64,000 nucleotides of DNA from Antedon mediterranea. Lineage: Eukaryota > Animalia > Echinodermata. The notes below the pieces were generated by a model. The model ran no database searches and was not told where the DNA came from. It worked only from the letters and a program-made list of their open reading frames with translations. Location of the stretch: positions 10,585,432 through 10,649,431 of the forward strand of contig NC_092679.1 in assembly GCF_964355755.1 (NCBI RefSeq), given 5' to 3'. A program made the position numbers and the translations under genes. Below are positions 40,398 through 53,360 of the stretch, piece by piece (within the stretch, counting starts at the first letter, position 1; every line of letters starts with the position of its first letter).

Positions 40398-41538
40398 TTA
40401 TCGGAAATATTCCTCAAGGGCAGGCGGATCTAATTTAAAGGTTTTGGATGTAATGTTGCCATAAAGACACGTGTGAGCATTTGTTAACAGACAACAAACT
40501 ACATAGATCTTCCCAATTGCACTTAAGCCTATTTTTTGGGTTTTCTTGAAGTCCACAAATTTCCAATTTTCTATGATATCTCTGAATAGCCATTCAACAG
40601 ACACCCTAGCCTGGCTCATGGATCTGTTAAAATCCTGTTGACCTTGTGTCAAGTTTCCTTTAAAAGGAGCCTGTAAATGGACACGAAGGGGATAAGCCGG
40701 GTCTCCATAAATGCAGAGAGGATCTCCATTTAGCCGTACGGCATAACGTTCTAACTGTTGTAATAAGTTGGATTCTCTTAACATGAAGGCATCATGGCGA
40801 CATCCCTCTATTGGTCCGAACAGGTTTGCGATTAGTCCATTTGGCGTGACAACTGACTGAAATTTTAATGAATGTACATGGGCCTGGCAAACATTGGCAC
40901 CATATCAATGTACCTGCATGGATATGCAAACCTTTTCAGCAAAATGCACAAAGTTTCGATGCCAGTAACTTTAAGACCGTTAACACATTTAACATCATCC
41001 TCTATCTGTAGAGCTCTCTGCAGTCGATAAATGTCTTCTTTTCGAAATCTTTAAATAAAATTGAAAGCATGTGTTGTAACTAAACTAAGTTGAATACCTA
41101 GCCTAGCCCTAGTAGTATAAATAAGTAGCCTATATTGGCTATAAATCATGAATAGGCCTAGGCCTATAATAATATTAAAAATACTGTATTATAGACAGAC
41201 CAACAATTTATTAAATCAACTTGGTGACAATAAATTAGCCAAAAAGATTAGCTCATAATTATGCCAGACAATACTACTTTCTCTAAAGCCTACCCTACTG
41301 CCTAACTAAGTCTTAGTAATAGATGAATGATTGGCTTGTGGGTGACTTATCCCCGGACTTACCTGAAAAACGCATTACATTCGTCGTCATTGTAAGATTC
41401 CAGATTAAATTTATTGTAATCATTGTACTGAACATTTAAATTATTTGTTTTATTAAGATTATATAAAAGCAAATATTCCTCAGGGTCAATTATATCTTCA
41501 TAAAGTGCGATATTTAATGCATCTTGTACGAAAGCCAT
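40398..41538 (-). pseudogene. Harbinger (DDE_Tnp_4/HARBI1-like) transposase, spliced, internally deleted
   Basis: Exon 1 41538-41363 (MAFVQDAL...ECNAFFR|gtaagt). Exon 2 from 41048 (FRKEDIYRL...LKRFAYPCRYIDMVPMFARP) jumps to HSLKFQSVVTPNGLIANLFGPIEGCRHD...YGDPAYP...MSQARVSVEWLF. The DGT-bearing segment is missing. Confidence 0.88.
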
Positions 41539-41751
41539 GATGATTGTTTACAAACATATCAAGCCGAGCGTGACGCGACGTCGTCGTCCCATCGCGTATC
41601 GTAAACGAACTTTTTAAAGTGGACGACAACCAGCTTTTCACGCATCAGCGCGCACTGGTAATCCGTCGTCGTCCCTCTCCGTCGTGTTTCGTAAACTCTC
41701 TAATAATGAAAATCTAGTACTAAAAGGCTATAAACAATTCTCTGTACTTAC

Positions 41752-41874
41752 CACACTAAGTGGACTTGGTATAGCTGAATCCCGGTTAACTATAGAATCA
41801 TCATAATCATTACCAACAGGAAAATTGTCAGAATTGACATTGTTTCCTTTGAATTTTTTTGTGCCATTTTCTTT
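41752..41874 (-). CDS. INO80: INO80 exon, 123 nt
   Basis: attcag|AAA...GTG|gtaagt. Encodes KENGTKKFKGNNVNSDNFPVGNDYDDSIVNRDSAIPSPLSV; DDS...DSAIPSP resembles vertebrate INO80 DDSFISVDSAMPSP. Confidence 0.85.
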
Positions 41875-42504
41875 CTGAATATGAAAATAAATCATACACA
41901 GGGTATTTGATTTTTAATATCATAATATAAAATATTCAATACAAATTAGAATGTGAAACAAAGGGATTAAGTTACCAAATGTAAATGTTGAAGGGAGTCA
42001 TATAGTGGTTACAAAAGTCAGGTTTGACATTAACACAGATGACAATTAATATTGATCACATGTCAGGGCACTCCTAACTTCATAGTGAATTATTTATAAC
42101 CGGTGAGGTATATGTTAAAAACAACGTATGCTAACTCAGTGCTAACTAGGTGCCGTGACGCAATGAAATTACTAAAGATAAACAAATAATGATTAAAAGA
42201 TTAACATTTTGCATAAGTCATATGAGTCATGGTTTTGTAGTGGAATTGAATGAAAATTACAGATAAAACAAGAACAGCTTTCACCATCGCGTTGCACCTT
42301 GCACTAAATACTGAATATTGCAAATGTTAAAATACGACTCATAAATTGTGGTCCATTTATCCTAGGTGTGCATGCGTAAACTAAATAGGTGCCCTGACGA
42401 ATGAGATTTAGACTCTTCATTCCTCTAAATAAATCAGATCCTTTAACAAAACAAAAGCAACGGAAGCAACGTGTTCTAGCATAATTTGAGGCCGTTTTAA
42501 TAAG

Positions 42505-43050
42505 ATTTAGGTCCCCGGAAATTGCAACTATACTTGATAATTATATGAAACAAAATTACAAGTCTACAGGAGCCACCATGGTTGGGATGGAGGAAAAGAA
42601 AATTAAAAAATATAGAGTTGCTAGGTTCCCGGAAAATGGATTATTCTTCGAAATATGAAACAATATATAGTCTCCAGAGCTCTACCATGGTTGGGGCTGA
42701 GCGAAAAAAATTTGAAAAATAGAAATGGAAATTCACTTATATAAATTGATATATGAAACAAAATTATAAGTCTACAGGACCAGCCCACCATGGTTAGGAT
42801 GGAGCTAAGAAAATTTTGGAAAATAGAGTTCCTGGAAATAAAACTTCTTATACTTTGAAATATGAAACAAAATATATATATAAGTCTCAAGGAGCCCCTG
42901 CCATGGTTGGGGCTGAGCTAAGAAAATTGTGAAAAATAGAGCTCCAGAGTTGCTAGGTCCCGGAAATTGGACTTATACTTTGAAATATGAAACAAAATAT
43001 ATGTCTCCAGAACAATCCCTACCATGGTGGGGCTGAACTAAGAACATTTT
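42505..43050. repeat. Tandem ~110-120-bp repeat, about 5 copies; related units at 36310-36430
   Basis: Recurring ACCATGGTTGGG(G)CTGAGC..AAGAAAATTT.GAAAAATAGA and ATATGAAACAAAAT. Confidence 0.9.
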
Positions 43051-43304
43051 CTGCTTGATATGCAGCTGTCCTAACCATTCACATTAGGCATAGAAAGTTA
43101 ATTCTATACTAGCCGGTGATATACTGGAATTTAATTAATTTGAAACGATAAGATGAGTAAATACAAATGTCTGTTTCTGCAATTAACCATACATATGGGG
43201 TATCAAAATGTAATTGAAATTGTACCAGGAAGGTTTTAAAATACATTTAAAAATGCCTCGAGTCTGGGGGTTTTGAAAAGGGGGTTTGGACAAAAACTAC
43301 TTAC

Positions 43305-43339
43305 GGTAGAAGGTAATTTTTCCAGTTTTCTCTTACAAT
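43305..43339 (-). CDS. INO80: Probable INO80 35-nt small exon
   Basis: Strong acceptor (gtgttttgttttcgtag) and donor (gtaagt). Length 3n+2 bridges the phase-1 end of 44041 to the phase-0 start at 41874; direct splicing would give T|AA stop. Encodes (Y)CKRKLEKLPST. Confidence 0.65.
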
Positions 43340-44040
43340 CTACGAAAACAAAACACAAGAATAACATTAGTAATTCGGTATACCAATTACACCGGAATCT
43401 ATAATGTTTAAATTTATAGGCAGAACGAGGTATAAACGAACAGTTGTATATACATACTCTGTGGCTCCTAAATACATTCCTATCATTTGAATGGATGTTT
43501 GTGGGTCACATGATAAAAAGTAAGTGCCCTATCAATCGCTCCACACAACAGTTTGAAATAAAAATACTTTGCGCATGCTACAGTGTGCATGCTACAGTGA
43601 GAGCGTTGTGAATGACTATAATTGTCGGTGGAACTGGAACTATGCGCGACTTCTCATAACAACAAAAAGAAATGGCGATCTCTGGTTGCAATTTTACTCT
43701 GTCGCGAGTGACATTACTAAATTACATGATGATGTAGACTCAATAACACCAAAATGCAAATCAAATATGTGGTAATCCCATCTTTAGATAATATAAAAAA
43801 AAAATTAGGTATCCTAGCCTATCCTAGGTCTATGTTTCAATCTGAACCCAATGTAGCCTAGGCTAGCTGGTCTACCTTTCATTCAATCTGAATGAAATGA
43901 CAAGAATCTACTTAGATGTTATATAAAACAATATATTCTTGTCGCCTCATGAAAATATAATCTTTCATCTTTTACCTCTTGAAACTATTTATACCATTAC
44001 GCTCATAAACATTCATTATTTGTTATACTAGTTGTCTTAC

Positions 44041-44143
44041 AGTTCTTTTCAATTTCTTCATCATCGAGTAAGAAGGAGACAACTTCTTTTGGTTTTAATT
44101 GATCTGGTCGAAAATTACCACCAGATATTACCATTCGCTGAAT
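44041..44143 (-). CDS. INO80: INO80 exon, 103 nt
   Basis: attaag|ATT...AAC T|gtaaga. Encodes IQRMVISGGNFRPDQLKPKEVVSFLLDDEEIEKN, matching INO80 IQRMVISGGNFKPDTLKPKEVVSLLLDDEELEK. Confidence 0.96.
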
Positions 44144-44270
44144 CTTAATAAAAGAATTAAAAATATTTGTTAATCTATTAATGCAAGGTTATTTATTTAT
44201 TATGTATAAAAATAGCAATTACCAATGCTGAATTTAATTGATTTACATTAAAAAACAATATATATTATAT

Positions 44271-44432
44271 TGAACAAGGGCTAGTGTTGCCCAAAAGCTC
44301 TGCTAACTGTTCTGGCTGTTTTATTTTATCGTTTTGATTTAGCTTTTCGCTTTTTTTGTATCTCCATTGAGATCCAGCCACTGATACCCACAGCATTGTC
44401 ATTTTTTCAGTAATTTGAATTTGGATTTATTA
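44271..44432 (+). mobile_element. Penelope pLTR fragment with degenerate hammerhead-like motif
   Basis: TGAACAA-GGGC-tagtgtt-GCCC-AAAAGCTC followed by the pLTR tail shared with 25345-25410. Confidence 0.65.
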
Positions 44433-46079
44433 TATATAGATATATGAATCTTATTATATTAATAGAAAAATGGTAAACTCTATACTTAAGTATATAGAAT
44501 GCTTCTCCATCTACAATACAATTTGAGTTATGGAGCATATGTTTATAATATAATATACTTTTGGTAATGATTTTAACCACCTGATGTAACCCTGTTTACT
44601 AATTAAATTGAGTTAGATAATTAGTTAATGACAATTAAAACGAATTTAGGTTCAACGATGTGCCCCAAATAGGGGTGTTTTCCCAATCGTAGACACTGTC
44701 TAATGGATGTCCATCTTGAAAAATACCCACACACAATAATACAGGGTTGCTTCGCATTTTCCTATCTCCTCCTACGATAATTGATTTTAATAGCTGAAAA
44801 CCGGTTGAACAGCTCGAGTACAGCATCATAATGTTGAAGACAGGCAGATTTTCTTTAAAAAATACTATTTTGATAGATTTAATATACGTTTATACAAATG
44901 TTTTGATTTGCGATAAATGGAACATTTCAATCTCTGTTCCACAAGTGTTTATTTCCTCAGGCGTCGTAAAGGCAAGTACACTCATAACATAAATTTGATC
45001 CATTTTTCAATCTGTGCTGCAGAGGTTGTATATAGGTATTTATTATGTACAATCAACTTTATTATTGCAGTTAAACCACCACCCACGATTAAAGCGAATT
45101 TACGATTTGCCACGAATAGAGGTGTTTTTTACAAATTGTGTTACCTTATATAAACATATATACAAATAAACTGTATTACTGACAGTTCCTTCTCAACGTT
45201 TGTATTATTTAATACTGTAATTACAAAAAAATTTAAACGTCGTATTAGTGATGTATCGTTACATGTACTGTACTATTTCAATCAACTATGACGGTGACAG
45301 TTTTAACAAATTATTAAATCGTAATGTTTTCCTGTTTTTAGTGGTATATTATTATTATTTGTAATACATGAAAACGATGAATATTTCGTTACTAAATGGA
45401 TAAAGAATATATTTAAAAATTGTTCGTCTTTGCGAGCAAAGCGAGCGTACCATTTAGTAAAATATAATGCGACATTTATTTAGCACTATTTCGTAAATTT
45501 AGATACATAGAATATAGATGCGCGCTCTTTTAAATGTGATGAACTATGACGCAAAAGATGAAAATCTGACTTTTTTATTGATGTCATGAAAGTAGTAGAT
45601 AGTTGATTAGAAATTATGTCAGTGTCTGGCTTTCGGCGGTCATATTTTAACGAGTAACTGAAGAATGAGCATCATTTTTCTTAATAATATCGTATTATTC
45701 TCTAGAACACAAAATTGGGCTGACTTTGGGAGTGGGACTATTAACCTGCTTTCTTTATAGCATTTTTCGATGTATTTCTGCTGGTGATTTTTTCCGTTTT
45801 GTTAGTTCTTCTGTACAACTCTGAAAACCTAAATCTAAAGAAGAGATATCAAATTTATTTGAACTCCCGCTTTGAATAAACTTTTCTATTTATACAATGG
45901 TAGAATTCATTTCTTGATTTAACAAACATCTTGATACAATAAATTCCCCCTCTGAATTTTGAACAACTGACGCTCAGGGCTTTTATTTGAATAAATATGG
46001 CACATCTTCAAGTTTCATAACATTTATTTACTGTACGGTATATTTTTAGAAATGAGAATGATGAGAATGATCCAGATTA

Positions 46080-46870
46080 TGTTCAGTTGGTCCAGATCAT
46101 GAAGATGTCGTCAATGTATCAAAGGGTATGTTCAGACTCACGGAGCTACGGTGGAATTATGTAAGCGGCGTACATATTTTTGTGTCTGAACCATGCCGCG
46201 GATTAGCGTTAGGGAGCTGTTACTCCGCGCCAGTGGCGTTAATAACTCTAGCGGGAGAGGGTAGATTTCATAACGCTAATCCAGTGATGCATCAGTGATT
46301 TTAACCTTAAGCAATGAAAATACACGACCACGATTAGCAGACAGCAACTACATACCCGTACCCTATGATACGACAGCGAAATAGCTAAGTCAAACGTATT
46401 TTCAGGTTCAGATTTTAAAGAACAGTAAAGTTGGCGTCAGTGATATGATATTTTCATAAATTAAATCAATTAATCAGATAATTGTCCGTGTAACAATTAC
46501 GTTTTAAATTATTTTGAATTAAAATGCAATTCTACAAGTAGTAAGAACAAATCAGTATTTGAAGGTAAACATTATATAAATAAAAAAAAACAAAAAACAA
46601 TGTAATTGTCATGAATGTATACATCTGCTTTGACCTGATCAGAGTGTATTAAACGCAAGGCATTGGAATGTTGGTCGTTGTGTCTGAACACCTTGGCTTT
46701 TAACGCCACGGATTACCGTACGCCTTGCGTAGATAACTCCACCGTAACTCCGTGAGTCTGAACATACCCTTAGTCAAACAAGTGGTTTATTAGGTTGGAG
46801 GGAGAGGACATTGGCCTCAAATCGTCCCATAAAAACATTTGCAAAAGACAGCGACATTTTTACGCCCATT
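46080..46870 (-). mobile_element. Penelope RT fragment split by the MITE
   Basis: MGVKMSLSFANVFMGRFE...KPLV*L | RYIDDIFMIWT once the MITE and one 3-bp flank are removed. Confidence 0.8.
46124..46769. mobile_element. Harbinger-type MITE (646 bp)
   Basis: About 36-bp TIR GGGTATGTTCAGACTCACGGAG.TACGGTGGA.TTAT. Flanks AAA/TTA (imperfect 3-bp TSD). Confidence 0.88.
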
Positions 46871-47308
46871 GAAGGTAATGGTTTTTCCAAAAATAAAATT
46901 GTTTATTGGTTGGCTCCTTCTTTGTGTGGGATAATAGTATATATAAGGATATGAAACATTTAATGTATATCTAGTACTCAAAACAATTTATTCGATTATA
47001 TACTCTGAAAAAAATCATGCCATGCCAAATCATTGCTTTGAAATCCACAAGTTTAGCTAAAAAAGTACATTTTTAAGCGTCACCACGCGCCCTTAATTTT
47101 AGAGCTTAAAAAAGAATAAATGACCAAAACAATTAATCATGTCAATCAATGTCGATGGAACTTGTAAAATAAAAAAAAAGAAGAAAAAAACCATCCTTCC
47201 TCCCCTGAAATTTATTATTTGACACTATAGATTCACATGACGAACGAGGTTGTACTATATCTATCATATTTTTGTCAGAGATGTTTTCTAATTTCAAGAC
47301 CTTTTTCA

Positions 47309-47716
<408 letters not shown>

Positions 47717-49626
47717 TCATATACAATCCACATGGATTAAAGTAAAAATTACAATAACAGCAACTTATCCTGCAGGATAAAAAATGCCCCTCTAGGTCCT
47801 GTTCTGCTGCTAAATATAACTGGTTAATAACAGTGTGAATAAATTAACCCTAATTTCTTGGCAGCAGAAACAGCCTGAAAATAACAGTATGGTTATGTGC
47901 CATTAGAGTGCCATTTTAACCAGTTATCGCTGTGCAACCTTCGGCTGCAACGCAAAATAACGGTTATTTGATTCACAGCTGTAGTACCTTAAATGCTTGA
48001 CTGCCAGATCATATTGAATTTTGGGTAATGTTAATGTTATTAATAACGACCAACAACAAATTTAATCGGTTTATTTGGGAGAAGAAATTGAGCAGAAATG
48101 CGGTGGGCCTACAAATTATAATTATTTCAGCAGAAACAGACTCTAAAATGGTGTTAATCATCTATCTATATATAAAATGCACGGTACAACATCCAATCGG
48201 TCTGAATTTTGCACTCAACATCAATCTTGCAACAGGCTATATAAAAAGTTTGTTTGTACCAAATATATTAACTGAATTATAAATTATTAATTGAAAAATT
48301 AACCTCTGAATCAAAAGGCTACCAAATATGGAATTACCAGAGGGCGTCATTCAAGACTTTAAAAGCAGGAACTGCGCCAACGGCACCATTACAGTTGAGA
48401 GAGATGAGTCGAATAGTGTTTATACTGTATTATCCACCAAGATCAGTTGTAATTCACGTCCTATTACGTTTTACATCATCATGTAATCAACTCGAATTCG
48501 TAATAATGCGTATTTTACCCTTAAAATTGTTTTTTATGATCCATTTAACCAAAAATATTCCATACCAAGTGATAACTTCTCTCAATTGTTTTCTCAGTTC
48601 AACTCTTATAACATCAAAGAGATTCCGTGTAATGAGATTTTAATTGCAAAAAAGGCTACTTGGCTGAATCCTAAAATTTTGTGGATTTCCGGTTGCTGTG
48701 TTGGAAGTGTCCTTAGGGTATTGTTTTGACCTCTCTTTAAATAAAAGTATGTGCTGTGAAAATGTTAACATTTTGGTGGATCAATAGACACTAAATAACA
48801 CAAATCAGTTGAGAAACGCATGTTTCTATTTTTTCCCAGATTGGCCCTTTTTAGATACTACTCTAGGAAAAGAGCTATATAAATCACTATTATAAAATAA
48901 CAATAATAGGAGAACACTTTGCCATGTCTTAGACTGTATCAAGTTTTTTGGGTTTTACGAGAGGGTGATTTAATTTTAATGAAATATACTTTACAAAACA
49001 ACGTTTCGGTCCGACTCAACACAGGCCCACTTACAACTGGCCCCGGAAAGATAACACCCAAAGCCTGTCTTTGAATACATTCTAATTGCTACAGATTGTT
49101 CATTTAACACATAATATTGTATTTGTCATGTGTGTGTTAAGGTCTGATTTACACACTTTAGTTTAGAAATATAGCTGGGTATTGCCTTTGCTAACAATTT
49201 GGTCTACTAGTTGGCAAGATAGATGATGAAATATGTACTCCTAAAAGTTTTTTTCTACTTCTCCTTTAGTATAGGATCAATTATAGACTTTACTTTACAA
49301 CTCATTAGCATTTTCTGGGTATTTTTTACATTAATATAACTGTATGATTTACATCTGTCTAATTAATTGCCATAGATGTCTGGAGATTGCTCAACTGATC
49401 TCTGCCAATGTGTTTATAGATAGTTGTGTCATCCATGTATTTTATACAAGGCACATTTGGCAAAAGGTCATTAAAAAAACTATCTAAAATTGGCCTGATG
49501 GATTCCACCATTTAATGGCGCCTACAAAATATTGTCCCCAGTTGATTCTTTACATTCTATGACATAAGAAAGATTCAACCCACTTACCAAATTAACTCAT
49601 GATATAAAAATTGTAAAAGCACCAAC

Positions 49627-49721
49627 CTGCTTTGGAAATCGGCTACCATGTCTCTTCGATCTGAAATCTTTGAAGAGCCATCCAAACGCATATATGTATA
49701 TTTACGATGCCACATGTACTC
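49627..49721 (-). CDS. INO80: INO80 internal exon (helicase C-terminal lobe), 95 nt
   Basis: AG/GT-bounded. Translates EYMWHRKYTYMRLDGSSKISDRRDMVADFQS(R), matching the INO80 motif EYM.YRKHTYMRLDGSSKISERRDMVADFQ as I recall it. Phase 0 to phase 2, compatible with the next exon. Confidence 0.96.
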
Positions 49722-51594
49722 CTGAGAGATAGAACAGATGCATGCATGCAAGTAATTATATTAATAAATTAAACAGCATTATTTGTTCAGAACAAATTAT
49801 ATAAACAGTGCTTATTTTTGGATTCTAACTCCGTAAGTACAACTAGATTTGAGTTCAGGTTATCCGTGCAAATGCCACATGCACATACATTAAAATATGA
49901 ACGCCGACAATTATTATGCCATTCTATCTCATGAATTAAATATGTTGACAGGGCTGAATTTTACCAATTTGTGTAATAAAGCATAACAGTATTTACGGAA
50001 TACACTATATATGTTATATACAGTGTAGCATAGATGAAATTACGAGATCCATCTTTTCATCCAATTTTTAACGTAACATCATCAAAATGTAACATAAAAG
50101 ATAATTATTCGTAAAACTAAACCCTACTCTGTTTCACAGTGTCGTAGATGATTAATAACATTTTAAAGTATAGTGTTTATTGTTTGGTAGGACCCTTATC
50201 GCGGAGGTGGAGTTCATTTGAGGGAGGTGCTTTATTCAAGGGATATGTTTAATTTTTTAGTTTTAATAATATGGTAACATATATAATCAAAAAAATCCTC
50301 TAATATGAAAATGGTAAAAAACGAATAACAAATGCTTGATAAATTGTAGACAACAGTGCAATGAATTCTACTACAAATAGTATAATTGTGTTATTATAAA
50401 TATATACAATATTGTGTGTATATTTATGGATGGGCGTTTATTAGATAGTTCGGGGGGGGGGGGGGGGAAGGGAGCGATTTTTATTCAGGCATTTATTTAA
50501 ATAAATACCATCCTAATAATTAACACAAGACGCAGATAGCCTACAGTTATTCCTGCCAGTTTACTCAATAAAACTCGGCTATCGGGATTTCACTCGATTT
50601 TAAACAAAATGTCATCAGATGTTCCTCTGTACTTTTATAATACTATTCCCCACAATATATTCCGATGCCTTAATTATGGCATATTTAATTTGATCTTTAT
50701 TAATTTGCAGTATAATTTTTATTTTTTAACTACTGTACCTTCACACGTGCGGTCCGATCCGAAAATAAACAAAAAGGGTCATTCCATACCAAATCACCCA
50801 AAAAAAATGACATTTTAAACCCTACTTTCTTCAAATTTGCTCAAATTTGGTTTTTGGATTATTTTTAGCCAAAAAACCCGAAATTTGAGCGCCATACGAC
50901 TAACGGTTCGCGCGCTACGTGCCGTCGTTTCTTCGCAATTTTGCGCAAAATCGACGCAGCAGGCTATATTTAAATGACCGTATCTCCGTAATGTGTGGAC
51001 CGATTTTGTTGTGACAGGTATCTTTGGAAAGCTAAATGTTAAAGCTATCCAAATCTTCTATTTACTTTTGAGATAGAACTATTTAAAAGATGTATAACTT
51101 ATTCTATTCCATTTGATCTAGGATTTGACCTTGTGGGACAAATTTTTTTTAGATGAAATTTTTTGAAAATTATCTCCTACATGATATTTACATAATATAA
51201 AAAAATTGGAGATATATTATTTTTTGTTTGCTTTCTAGCTCATTTCAAAGTTGGCTTACTTCAACAATTCTGGTATTTCTATACAGTGTAGATGCATTGT
51301 CGACATTATATCACTACCAAATTTACCTCTTAATACTATGGTTGTCACTGTCAGATTATTTAAGACTATAACAATGCTTTAATTATATTTTCATGCTCCA
51401 TACAAAATAATTATTACTTAGGTAAACATCTGTACAACATTTGATTACCCCATTTGGTTAGCCAAGGATGTACAATCAGTTTATGGCACTCTTTTCACAC
51501 TTTCAAGCAAATTGAATCATTTTTTTTGAAAACATTGATTGTTCTTTGCTGTTCATCATTATTTTGTATTTTGTTCACTTATTTCTTCACTCAT

Positions 51595-52555
51595 AATTAG
51601 GCTATAATTACGTTATAAACGGCATGGACCGGGGTGACGATACGTGGGTTGGGGCAAGTAGGGTCCAGTCATTTCAAGTAAAAATACCACTTGCCCTGGT
51701 CCATGCTGTCTAGCTGCCATTTTTATGCAATTTTAAAACATTACTACAATTTTAACGTTTTTATAAAAAATGCAAAATAACCGCATAAATTTATAGGGCT
51801 ATAATTACGTTATAAAACGGCATGGACCGGTGTGACGATATATGGGTGGGGGCAAGTAGGGTCCAGTCATTGCATAAAAATACCACTTGCCCTGGTCCAT
51901 GCCGTCTAGCTGCCATTTTATGCAATTTTAAAACGTTACTACAATTTTACGTTTTTGTAAAAAATGCAATATAACCACATGATTTATAAGGCTATAATTA
52001 TGTTATAAACGGCATGGACCGGGGTGACGATACATTGGTTGGGGCAAGTAGTAGTAGTCAATGCATAAAAATACCACTTTCCCCGGTCCATGCCGTCTAG
52101 CTGCCATTTTAAAATGTTACTACAATTTAACTTTTTTTAAATAAAAAATGCAATATAAATGCATGATAATATATAGGGCTATAATTACATTATAAACAGC
52201 ATGGACCGGGGTGATGATACATGGGTTAGGGCAAGTAGGGTCCACTCATTTCAGAAAAATACCACTTGCCCCGGTCCATGCCGTCTAGCTGCCATTATAT
52301 GCAATTTTAAAACGTTCTACAATTTTACGTTTAAAAAAAAAATGCAATATAACCTCATAATTTATAAGTCTATAATTATGTTATAAACGGCATGGACCGG
52401 GCTGACGATAATTTGGTTGGGGCAAGTAGTAGTAGTCATTGCATAAAAATACCACTTGCCCGGCTCCATGCCGCCTAGCTGCCATTTTATGCAATTTTAA
52501 AACGTTACTACAATTTTACATAATTATAGCCCTATAAATCATGCGGTTATATTGA
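51595..52555. repeat. Tandem ~195-bp satellite (about 4.8 units) with internal hairpins and an inverted terminal part-unit
   Basis: Unit starts at about 51599, 51797, 51990, 52177 and 52368 (GGCTATAATTA.GTTATAAACGGCATGGACCGG). Confidence 0.95.
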
Positions 52556-52562
52556 GTTAAAT

Positions 52563-53360
52563 AGACACGTTTCTCGCTCGCGACCAATCAGAAATAGTGG
52601 GTATAGATTTGTAAACAAACCGAACACCTCTCGCCTAGTGCGTGTTGAAGCATAGCGAAATGGCGACTGCCAAGTGCTTTTGTTGCAAGGTGCATCATAA
52701 ATGTTGTATAGGTTGGATACATCGTGAATTTAACTACACAAAATCACTGAATAATATTCCGGTTTTTAATTTTCAAACACTTGCTGAGTGGTTTGCGTCG
52801 GCTCCGAAGGATAGTGGCGCAAAATCTTGGAAATTTTTCAAGGAAAGGTACGTCCACGATGTGCACGTGCTCGTGGCTCTCCGCCCGCCCGGTGGCGTTG
52901 CCTGATGCGGTACTTCGTCTACTATGCCTAGGAGGCTTGGGTGTCTGTTTAAGCGCCGAAGAACATCACATAATACATGGAAGATGCAATAGGAGCATGA
53001 AGAAGAATGAAAGATAATAATTAATATATTTACGCAACATTTGTAAATAAAATCAACAGTTAACATGTATTAAATGCACCGTATATGTGTCAAACCAAAA
53101 ATGACAATACATAAATAAAGTCGATGATTCCGAACCAAATGCCCAAATAATTCTGCAGTGAATATAAAACATAAGTTTAGAAAATAAATAACATCCTTAC
53201 CATGCCATTCCATCAAAAGGCTAGTTTTGACGATTGCTTTTTAAGATGATCATCTCTCAGTTCTCCCATGCTTTAACATACCTCTCGCTGTGTTTGTTTA
53301 CCATTGTATACCCACTAAAAGGTCAAACTGACGGTGACCTAGCGAGCGCGAAACGTGTCT
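52563..53360. mobile_element. ISL2EU/Harbinger-related non-autonomous element nested in the Sola2-like element
   Basis: AT|AGACACGTTTCTCGCTCGC ... GCGAGCGCGAAACGTGTCT|AT. Interior ORF 52642..52905 has KSWKFFKERYVHDV, reminiscent of ISL2EU accessory-protein N-termini (weak). Confidence 0.7.

Larger units (their letters stand above)
38429..41701. mobile_element. PIF/Harbinger DNA transposon (3.27 kb), two convergent genes, defective
   Basis: Perfect 23-bp TIR AGAGAGTTTACGAAACACGACGG, 3-bp TSD AAT, transposase and Myb/SANT-like ORFs inside. Confidence 0.93.

Noticed and set aside
40398-40784. Domesticated HARBI1 gene
   Set aside because: Lies within TIRs and a TSD, and lacks part of the catalytic core.
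45745-45820. AG/GT-bounded Lys-rich block as the missing INO80 charged exon
   Set aside because: Wrong order (upstream of the IQRMVISGG exon) and has an in-frame stop in the phase required.
51595-52555. CRISPR or tRNA cluster
   Set aside because: Linkers are homologous between units, and there are no tRNA A/B boxes or cloverleaf.
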